Shown piece after piece: positions 34,503 through 41,949 of a DNA stretch of 64,000 bases. A program made the translations under genes and the position numbers. Origin of the DNA: a virus; the IMG/VR virus record IMGVR_UViG_3300045988_126851, positions 19,646 to 83,645 of that record, one strand, 5' to 3'. Each line of letters starts with the position of its first letter. Position 1 is the first letter of the stretch. A model generated the notes under the pieces. That model was given only the letters and a program-made list of their open reading frames with translations. It was not told the origin of the DNA and did not search any database.

Positions 34503-35415
34503 TTTTCTTTTGTTTTAATAAAAGTTTCTTTTTATAGGCTTTACGTTGAGAGTAAGATATTACATTCTCGGGATATTCTATATCTTCATATTCAAGAAGT
34601 AATTCTTTTGCTTTCATTGATTTATATGTTTCCTCATATAAATCTGGTCGAAGCACTTTAAAACTTCTAAAGAATACCTTGAATGAAGAGAATTCTTTCT
34701 CTGTACCTTTTTGGAATTTTTTCCATATCTCTTTTATCCTCTTATTCCAAGAATTCTCTTCAGCCCCTTTAAGTACCTTCTTTAAAGGTTTATGAGTATG
34801 ATACATTAGGAGTGTCTCAACGTTTCCATACATTTGAGTTGCGAATAGGTTGATTTGTACTGACTGATCCGGTCCGTATACGTATTCTGACATACGCTGG
34901 ATTAAGAGGAAATCGAAGATTAGTCTCTTCGTAATCTCGGAAGCTCGTATTACCATAGTTATTACCGGTATATCTTCCCCAAACCGTTTTGAGAATGTAG
35001 CAGCTATCAGACATTGTTTGCCATTATCATGATGATTGTTAAATATATAGGTTATATTGTAATTCTGATTGTACTTGTTTTTCAGTACTCTCAGCTTACT
35101 ACGCAATAAGTCAAGCTTATTAAAATCTATGTAATTATTCAATAAGCTAGTCCACTTAGTTTCTTTGTAATTGAAACATCTACCATAATCAAATTCTGGG
35201 TCTACCCAGGCTTTTCGTATTTTTATAAATACATTATACACTACTGCTACTCCACTGTTAGCCATAGCCCCTTTTTCAAATAAAGCAGGATCTAATCTTA
35301 GGAATCCCTCATTGAGTTTTTCCCATGCCTCTTGTGAAGTAGCAAATTCTAACGAATGGAGGGACTCCTCCGGATTAAGCTGAAGTCCCTCTAGCTTACG
35401 GTTCCAACCTGACAT
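34486..35415 (-). CDS. second, highly divergent TS-fold-like protein (tentative)
   Basis: The ATG at 35415 follows the upstream stop (35417). GKQCLIAATF...VITMVIRASEITKRLIFDFLLIQRMSEYVYG...INLFATQMYGN has the same element order as the TS core (Cys, then strand, then RS.D-like, then helix, then G...h..Y.N). Confidence 0.45.
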   Translation of the reverse strand: MSGWNRKLEGLQLNPEESLHSLEFATSQEAWEKLNEGFLRLDPALFEKGAMANSGVAVVYNVFIKIRKAWVDPEFDYGRCFNYKETKWTSLLNNYIDFNKLDLLRSKLRVLKNKYNQNYNITYIFNNHHDNGKQCLIAATFSKRFGEDIPVITMVIRASEITKRLIFDFLLIQRMSEYVYGPDQSVQINLFATQMYGNVETLLMYHTHKPLKKVLKGAEENSWNKRIKEIWKKFQKGTEKEFSSFKVFFRSFKVLRPDLYEETYKSMKAKELLLEYEDIEYPENVISYSQRKAYKKKLLLKQKKNADIQ

Positions 35416-35416
35416 G

Positions 35417-36256
35417 CTAATAGTTTGATTTTTGACGCCATAAATTAAGGCGTTGTTTTTTAAAGAATAAACTAAATAATCCGTAAGGAGTAAACCCATT
35501 CATAGCCAAGAATCCCATATAGAGATAGAATGACTTTACCAAAGATTCCTGAAAGTCGATTTCTTTAGTCATCACTTGAGTTTGTTTCCAAGGTCTACAC
35601 TTAAGGAAATTCCTTGCTTTATTTAGTTCATAGATCACTTCCCATAAATATAACTTCTCGTTTTCATGAGATATTTCGCTCATTTCATGAAAACCGGGAG
35701 TATATGAAACTACTTTGTCCCATTCTGATCTATCTATATCCATAGGAGTTATTATAGGATATTTCCTTACACTTCGATGATCGGGATACTTGATAAGTAG
35801 TTCTTTAACCCCAATTGCCATTACCTCAAATAAACTCTTTGCATCTTTATATTTTAATATATCTTCGGGCAATATATTAGAATACAGAAGCAAAGTAAAG
35901 AAGAATCCCAAAGCATCTGCTTGTTCTTCATTTGCATTTGCTAGATGATTTAATACCTGAGTATATTCTTCTGGGGTTAAGCAATCATTATTCCATCCAT
36001 AATCACGATATATAGATACTACTTCATCGGTAGATTCGAATCCTTCGGTTAATTCCTCGATAACCCTACCAATAAAATCCTTTAGGATAACTTGGCTCTT
36101 TGGGTGATTTATATCTAAAGGATAATCAGGTAACCTTTCTATCTCTTTATACCCAAAGAATTGTTCTACCCCAAGATCATACATTTCTTGTAGTATCTGT
36201 GCCTCAGTTTCTTCTACCTGAGGCACTTGTTCATTTATATTCCTTATGTCCACCAT
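35417..36256 (-). CDS. MazG-like all-alpha NTP pyrophosphohydrolase (tentative)
   Basis: IGRVIEELTEGFES and ANEEQADALGFFFTLL resemble the paired E..E / EE..D metal-binding helices of MazG and dCTPase-type enzymes. Confidence 0.5.
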   Translation of the reverse strand: MVDIRNINEQVPQVEETEAQILQEMYDLGVEQFFGYKEIERLPDYPLDINHPKSQVILKDFIGRVIEELTEGFESTDEVVSIYRDYGWNNDCLTPEEYTQVLNHLANANEEQADALGFFFTLLLYSNILPEDILKYKDAKSLFEVMAIGVKELLIKYPDHRSVRKYPIITPMDIDRSEWDKVVSYTPGFHEMSEISHENEKLYLWEVIYELNKARNFLKCRPWKQTQVMTKEIDFQESLVKSFYLYMGFLAMNGFTPYGLFSLFFKKQRLNLWRQKSNY

Positions 36257-36807
36257 TCTATGTTTTGAGATGAACCAAATCCTTTATCTCCTCTACTTCC
36301 CCACATTTGAGATTCTGAATAGAATTCTTCTTCCAGAATTTCTTCGGGTTCCGTAATATAGACTGGTACATGAATAAACTGTACTAGCTTTTGACCAGCC
36401 TCTATAATCTGGGGTTCTTGAGAAGCATTGTATACTCCGATATGTATTTCTCCAACATAGGGAGAATCTACTATCTCAGCAGTAAAGATTAATCCTTTCT
36501 TAGTAGCTATACCAGATTTGTTTGCTGCCATTAACATAGATGCAGGAGGTTCTAGTAATACCTTGATACCTGATGAGATGAGTATCCTATGCCCCGGTTG
36601 TAAAGCTATATGCCTTACAAAGACTTCACCAAAAGGAACATCTAAATCATAACCTTCGGAGTCGAATTCATTTTTAGAATGAATATCCTCTGAAGTTAGG
36701 TTGGTTGGTACATAAAAATCTAACCCAGCATCATTTGGGTTTGCTCTGTTGGGAGATACTACCTCCCTTACTTTGATAAATCTAAATCTGTTCATAATAT
36801 ATTGCAT
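36244..36807 (-). CDS. dut: trimeric dUTPase
   Basis: All five dUTPase motifs are present in order: DAGLDFY, NKSGIATKKG, EIVDSPYVGEI, GQKLVQF and SRGDKGFGSS. An alternative ATG at 36795 forms an ATGA overlap with the upstream stop. Confidence 0.85.
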   Translation of the reverse strand: MQYIMNRFRFIKVREVVSPNRANPNDAGLDFYVPTNLTSEDIHSKNEFDSEGYDLDVPFGEVFVRHIALQPGHRILISSGIKVLLEPPASMLMAANKSGIATKKGLIFTAEIVDSPYVGEIHIGVYNASQEPQIIEAGQKLVQFIHVPVYITEPEEILEEEFYSESQMWGSRGDKGFGSSQNIEWWT

Positions 36808-36998
36808 TTACGTAAGAGTTGTCCAAAGGTTAATTTCTCGGGTCTAGAAACATGTACTCCCAATGAGTTACACATCTTTAATACATCCACTGAGCCTTCC
36901 ATACAAAGGTTAGCAAGTACATCACTTTGCTTTACAAAATAGTTTGGGTTGTTAAAGTATACTTTAAACATAGCCCATATCATGTCTATTGGTTTCAT
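36792..36998 (-). CDS. hypothetical protein
   Basis: 68-aa ORF coupled to its neighbours. Confidence 0.5.
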   Translation of the reverse strand: MKPIDMIWAMFKVYFNNPNYFVKQSDVLANLCMEGSVDVLKMCNSLGVHVSRPEKLTFGQLLRKCNIL

Positions 36999-37381
36999 TA
37001 TTTAATACACTCCTTATAAAGTTCTCTAATACGTTTTCTGGGTACTTCGAATTTCTTAACGGTTTTGGTAATAACCTCTTTTCTGTCTTCCCCTTTCCGA
37101 ATCAAGCCTCGGATGTATTTCTTGATACCAACCGTGTCTTCTAATACATCCAAATCTTTGTATTGATTCTTCTGTTCTAATTCTTTCCTTGTAATGTTCA
37201 AGTTCTGGGACATCTTGAATGCACATAGTTCTGAGTCTCCGCATAGCTTACATTCTTTAGTTGATAAATCATACCCAATACCAAAGCAAACATCACCATT
37301 AGTTCCCAACTGAGTTAAATCTAGGGGAGTAAGAATGTCTTGTTTGGAAAGATCGGGTAGCTTTTGTTTCTTCTTTACCAT
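36998..37381 (-). CDS. hypothetical protein
   Basis: 127-aa ORF with the N-terminus MVKKKQKL and cysteines in C..........C..C....C spacing. Confidence 0.55.
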   Translation of the reverse strand: MVKKKQKLPDLSKQDILTPLDLTQLGTNGDVCFGIGYDLSTKECKLCGDSELCAFKMSQNLNITRKELEQKNQYKDLDVLEDTVGIKKYIRGLIRKGEDRKEVITKTVKKFEVPRKRIRELYKECIK

Positions 37382-37392
37382 TCTCTGAAAAT

Positions 37393-37716
37393 TTATAAAG
37401 TTCGAATAATTATATCTTTGGTATCTCCCTTTGTAAGAGAGAGATAACTATGTCCGATTGTATTTATAAATAGTTGACGGAGATTTATTAACTGTACAGG
37501 ATCTTTCTTAGTAGAACCTTCTTGAATAAACTTGAAAGAGAGGCCATTAGAGTACTTGATTATAAAATAATAATCGCAAGAATCGGGACTGTCCCGATTT
37601 CGTCTGATATCAGATATCCAAATCAGATCTTTATTATTGAATACCTGATCAATAGTGTTCTTCTCATCCATAATAGAAACCTTAAATAATTGTTTAATAC
37701 TCTTCATCATTCTCAT
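37393..37716 (-). CDS. hypothetical protein
   Basis: 107-aa ORF. Confidence 0.5.
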   Translation of the reverse strand: MRMMKSIKQLFKVSIMDEKNTIDQVFNNKDLIWISDIRRNRDSPDSCDYYFIIKYSNGLSFKFIQEGSTKKDPVQLINLRQLFINTIGHSYLSLTKGDTKDIIIRTL

Positions 37717-37791
37717 CGTATTTGTTGCTGAATAATAAAATATTTAGGATTGGAGCTAGTATAACTAAAATTATTATTGTGATAATCATGG

Positions 37792-37932
37792 CTATAGATT
37801 TGATAGATTTCTTAATAATACCCAGCAATAAATGCCAGCAGCAGAGATTTGAATTATCTTCCACCCCTCTGAAAGGAGATCAATTAATTTGGGATCATCT
37901 CCATCCCTGATACATATAAGTTTATCGTTCAT
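37792..37932 (-). CDS. possible 46-aa ORF below the track cutoff
   Basis: ATG at 37932 forms an ATGA overlap with the stop of 37929..38153. It reads MNDKLICIRDGDDPKLIDLLSEGWKIIQISAAGIYCWVLLRNLSNL and fills an otherwise empty minus-strand gap. Confidence 0.35.
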   Translation of the reverse strand: MNDKLICIRDGDDPKLIDLLSEGWKIIQISAAGIYCWVLLRNLSNL

Positions 37933-38153
37933 GGCTTATAGCTGGTTATTACTGTTATATTTTGATATTTGCAATGAGGACAAGTCCAATCTTTCAAATG
38001 CCAAGATCCTCTGAGATCTAAAAGATCTTTCTTTCGGAATCTCTTACTGCAATTGTGACATGTATAATCGTAAGGTTCTTTATTCATAAACTTGAGAATA
38101 AATATTAGGATTATGAATAAAGCAATTGTTATTAGTGTTATTGTAATCTTCAT
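37929..38153 (-). CDS. small membrane-anchored zinc-ribbon protein
   Basis: 74 aa with an N-terminal TM helix (ITLITIALFIILIFILKF) followed by CHNC...CPHC. Confidence 0.55.
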   Translation of the reverse strand: MKITITLITIALFIILIFILKFMNKEPYDYTCHNCSKRFRKKDLLDLRGSWHLKDWTCPHCKYQNITVITSYKP

Positions 38154-38246
38154 AATGTATTACTTATAGGTATATGCCTCTATGCTTTTAATTGTAATCT
38201 TCTTTTCCTCCTTCGGAGAAAAAGTAAATACTCATAGTACTTCTAG

Positions 38247-39734
38247 TTAATTTTGACTAAGGCTATGGTTAGGATGATTCCTCCAAAGCTTATCTAACAA
38301 TATTACTTTCAATTCTTGTCTCTGATAATATTGTTTCCTATGCTTACCATGCCTATCTAAATAAGGGCCAGGATAATGAAGGTCATCCAGGTATACTTTC
38401 TTTTTCGATTTATCGGTTCTTACCAAACGACCAAGAAACTGAATGGATTTTTCCTGACTATCCATGCTTGCTGCATTAAGTAAATACCTAAGCTTAGGAA
38501 AGTTTTTACCTCGAGCAATGATTGTAGTTGATACCAAGATATCTATTTTGCCTTCCCTAAAATCCATCATTATTTGTTGTCTTAACTTAGAGGGAGTATT
38601 AACATGCACATAGGCAATATTATAGGCATCGCCCAGTTTCTTTTTAAAGAACTTATATAGATTTTCACAATGTGCAATATGCTTGCATACTACAAGAGCA
38701 GGATATCTACCTTGATTAATATTCCATCGTAATCGATTATAAGCCATGGTCCACGCGGTATTATTTTCGGTAATAGAATCATCATATATCTCCTTATAGG
38801 ATATACAATCAGATTCCCAATTACCATACCAAGGTTTACCGGGTACCATCTTTACGATAGTTTTAGTTGAGTAACCCTTCTTGATGGAATCCTTAAGTTT
38901 AAACTCAGCAATCACTTTACCAAAGAAACATTCTAGGTTCATATTCTTAACCTTATCCTTAGCAAGCTTACTCATATAAATGGTACCGGATAATCCTATA
39001 CGAATTCGGGTATTAAACAGTCGGGTGATTACATTCTGATATTGTTTACTACCTCCCTGGTCAGCCTCATCCACAAGTACCATGTCTATCTGAGATAGTT
39101 CTTTTTGATAGAATCTCAGGTTCCTCGAAATAGACTGAACCATACCTATAGTAAAATTACTCCAGTTTAAAACTTTGCCTTGAACAAAAGTGATATCTTC
39201 TCCGGGAAGATATTGCTTAAATTCTTCTCTAGCTTGATTTAACCAATCGGAGTCATTAGTTATTAGCAAAGTCTTTAACTGCTTCTTATAAGACAAGTAA
39301 AGAGAAGTCATGATAAGGGTTTTCCCAAAATTTACAGTCAAATCCAATACTCCAATTTGAAAGGGTATATCTCCTACTCGATTACTAATAACAGATCTAA
39401 CAGCTTTCTCTTGTTCTGGTCTCAATTGATATTTACCTATTTTGGTAACTACTTTACTAACTTTTGGTAAGGGTTGACGCATATCTACAACTTTAGGTTT
39501 AATCCCCATCTCTATACATCTATCATATACCCTGGGAAGTAAACCTATTTTAAATTGCCCGGTCTTGGTGATGTAATGGATCTTACCATCCCAATTCTGC
39601 ATACCTCTTTGCCTTGTACGTAAATAGAAGGCATTCGGATGTCGAATGGCAAACTCATTATAGAGTTTCTGCGCATACTTGAGAGGTATATCAAGTTCAC
39701 ACATATTACCATTCTGAATAATTATCTTACTCAT
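38247..39734 (-). CDS. SF2 DEAD-box-type DNA helicase (UvsW/RecG-like role possible)
   Basis: Motif I is VNFGKT, motif II is LVDEADQG, motif III is SGT and motif VI is QFLGRLVR. Confidence 0.8.
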   Translation of the reverse strand: MSKIIIQNGNMCELDIPLKYAQKLYNEFAIRHPNAFYLRTRQRGMQNWDGKIHYITKTGQFKIGLLPRVYDRCIEMGIKPKVVDMRQPLPKVSKVVTKIGKYQLRPEQEKAVRSVISNRVGDIPFQIGVLDLTVNFGKTLIMTSLYLSYKKQLKTLLITNDSDWLNQAREEFKQYLPGEDITFVQGKVLNWSNFTIGMVQSISRNLRFYQKELSQIDMVLVDEADQGGSKQYQNVITRLFNTRIRIGLSGTIYMSKLAKDKVKNMNLECFFGKVIAEFKLKDSIKKGYSTKTIVKMVPGKPWYGNWESDCISYKEIYDDSITENNTAWTMAYNRLRWNINQGRYPALVVCKHIAHCENLYKFFKKKLGDAYNIAYVHVNTPSKLRQQIMMDFREGKIDILVSTTIIARGKNFPKLRYLLNAASMDSQEKSIQFLGRLVRTDKSKKKVYLDDLHYPGPYLDRHGKHRKQYYQRQELKVILLDKLWRNHPNHSLSQN

Positions 39735-39735
39735 A

Positions 39736-40572
39736 CTAATCTTTTATTTTATCCCAGAGACTCCCCTCTACTTGAGGTTCATTATCCAGAAGTTGTTTAC
39801 TCTTATTTTTATATAGGTATTTATTATACCTTTCGATAGCTTTATCATTATACATCTGACTTGGTTCTGGTAAACCATTACACCATGCAAGAGATTCGAA
39901 TTGGGCATCTATAAATTTCATAGGATCCCAGCCCCTCTCATCTAAGAAAGTCTTTAACCTTAAAAAATGGATTAATTTTTCAGGATTATCTACACCATCA
40001 TAAATGCCAGTAGCTGAAGCCACTTTTTTAAAGTAATAATCCTTGATCCTTATCACTTCTTCAAATTCGGATTTATCTAATGAGGATAATTCGATCTCGG
40101 CATCTACCTGATTGGTAATATTCTCTTGCATGGATAATAACCTTTGCATAATATTCCGATAATCGGTCATCCTCTTTATCCCGGTCTCTATGTATTTGAT
40201 AAAACCTTCCCGGGTATCAAATTTAAAATCTTCACAGAAGGTATTACATATCTCTGCAAGCTTTTTACAATTTGCCCATTCTCGAGAATTACTTTCGTTT
40301 ATTTTACGAACTCCTCTATGCTTTAACTTTATACGGATTGCATATAAAATATCGGCAACAAGGGCAGCATCACCTTTAGATGCTAGTAAAATGTTATTAA
40401 CTTGCTTAGTATTCTTATTATTAGAAACTAAGACTGCTCTATGATTTATTGCCCCCTTTCGAGCAATAACAAAAAAAGCCTCAACTGGGAAATTATCTAC
40501 CTCTAAGATATTTAATATTTCCTCAAACTGAGACTTAGTTATATGGATAGATGGGGAACGTTTAGTATTCAT
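39736..40572 (-). CDS. hypothetical protein
   Basis: 278-aa ORF in the replication module. Confidence 0.6.
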   Translation of the reverse strand: MNTKRSPSIHITKSQFEEILNILEVDNFPVEAFFVIARKGAINHRAVLVSNNKNTKQVNNILLASKGDAALVADILYAIRIKLKHRGVRKINESNSREWANCKKLAEICNTFCEDFKFDTREGFIKYIETGIKRMTDYRNIMQRLLSMQENITNQVDAEIELSSLDKSEFEEVIRIKDYYFKKVASATGIYDGVDNPEKLIHFLRLKTFLDERGWDPMKFIDAQFESLAWCNGLPEPSQMYNDKAIERYNKYLYKNKSKQLLDNEPQVEGSLWDKIKD

Positions 40573-40798
40573 AATCCTGAGGTTTATTAAGTACTCTATT
40601 AATGGTATTTGGGTGTAATAACAAGATACGACTTAACCTACCTTTATTAATCTTAGGTATTATTTCATACCAAACACCCCGTTCTTTCAAAAATACTCTA
40701 CCAGAACGAGTAATTAAAGAATCTTGAATACCCGGAATGGGTTTGACAGCTTTAGGTATATTTGATATGGATACCTTAATTCGATTTTTTATATTCAT
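40562..40798 (-). CDS. hypothetical protein
   Basis: 78-aa ORF. Confidence 0.5.
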   Translation of the reverse strand: MNIKNRIKVSISNIPKAVKPIPGIQDSLITRSGRVFLKERGVWYEIIPKINKGRLSRILLLHPNTINRVLNKPQDYEY

Positions 40799-40836
40799 GT
40801 TATTAATATATTATTTTATAATATAATAGGAACTCC

Positions 40837-41790
40837 CTATTTCAATGAGTTTCGGATAGCAACTAATTCTTGATAACTTTGGTACCGAGTATTATATACT
40901 AATCTCATAACAGAAGTTTTCCCCAAGTCATTGCAATCGTTTCCCTCTGGCAAAAATATAACCTTTACTTTTTTATAATTTACTAATTTGAAAGCCAGGT
41001 TAATGGCATACTTTTTTGCATCTGGATCTAATAATATAACATATCTTTCACATGGGGCTTTAAGTAATTCATTTATCTGATACTTAGATATAGCTTTACC
41101 CATTGTGGCAATTGCTCTATCTCCCATAGTGAGAGCATTAAGTGCTCCTTCACAAATGAATACCGACCGATACATCTCCAACGCATCATGATTAAAGATG
41201 AGAAATTGTTTTCCAAGTCCAGTGATATCCTTGTCTGGGTTATTATATCTTGGTCCTTTGCCGATAACATTTCGGGCATTGTAGTATCTAAGTTGGCCTT
41301 GGTAATAAAAGGGTATAATGAGATACCCATAGGTTGAGCCCTTTGTACCATAGCCAATGCCATATCTTGAAAAATCTTCGATACTGAACCCACGTTTCTT
41401 GACATATCCTCGAATACTCTTTGCAAGTTGGCTATTTCCGAGCGAAATATTTCTAAATCCCTCGGGGAGATATATCGGCTTGCTTTCGGCAAGTTCGATT
41501 TTCTCTTCTTTAAATTGAAGTTCATCAAATTGTCCCTTGTTCAAAAAGCTTATTAATTCAGGATACTCTGTAAATCCTTCTATATCCATTATTAACTGAG
41601 CAGGAGAGGGGTGGGCATTACATCGAAAACAATTAGTTCGATACATAGATAGATTAACTCCCAACTTCTCTTCCCTCCCACAGTATGGGCAAGTTGGTAT
41701 ACGCATCCAGCCATGCCTATAATCTCTTCCTCCTAATCGTTTAATGAAGTATGTCCTTAATCTAGATTTAAACTGATTGGTTATTTTCAT
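40837..41790 (-). CDS. DNA primase (zinc finger plus TOPRIM)
   Basis: Zinc-binding CPYCGR-x17-CFRC, a TOPRIM Glu in FICEGALNALT, and LLDPD. Confidence 0.8.
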   Translation of the reverse strand: MKITNQFKSRLRTYFIKRLGGRDYRHGWMRIPTCPYCGREEKLGVNLSMYRTNCFRCNAHPSPAQLIMDIEGFTEYPELISFLNKGQFDELQFKEEKIELAESKPIYLPEGFRNISLGNSQLAKSIRGYVKKRGFSIEDFSRYGIGYGTKGSTYGYLIIPFYYQGQLRYYNARNVIGKGPRYNNPDKDITGLGKQFLIFNHDALEMYRSVFICEGALNALTMGDRAIATMGKAISKYQINELLKAPCERYVILLDPDAKKYAINLAFKLVNYKKVKVIFLPEGNDCNDLGKTSVMRLVYNTRYQSYQELVAIRNSLK

Positions 41791-41947
41791 GTTCCCTTAT
41801 AGCTTTACGAATTACTTTTCGGATTCTCTTTAAATCCTCTAAATCTAAATTACCAATAGAGGTAGTTTGCCAACCATTATGAGATATTTCTAAAGCTAAT
41901 TCATCGCTCCATCTATCTTTTACTATTTTTACCGTCTTTGTTTTCAT
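41768..41947 (-). CDS. possible 59-aa ORF between helicase and primase
   Basis: ATG at 41947, just below the track cutoff. It reads MKTKTVKIVKDRWSDELALEISHNGWQTTSIGNLDLEDLKRIRKVIRKAIREHENNQSV, overlaps the primase start by 23 nt and fills the gap. Confidence 0.35.
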   Translation of the reverse strand: MKTKTVKIVKDRWSDELALEISHNGWQTTSIGNLDLEDLKRIRKVIRKAIREHENNQSV

Positions 41948-41949
41948 AT

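Noticed and set aside
37722-37910. 62-aa plus-strand ORF in the gap between 37716 and 37929
   Set aside because: It runs opposite to the operon and has no promoter motif. A translationally coupled minus-strand small ORF (37792..37932) explains the gap better.
41073-41528. 151-aa same-strand ORF nested in the primase gene. The same applies to 14299..14523, 34817..35014, 37056..37244 and 59387..59572.
   Set aside because: Each lies wholly inside a longer ORF that carries clear functional motifs or a better context. There is no promoter or start-coupling signal.
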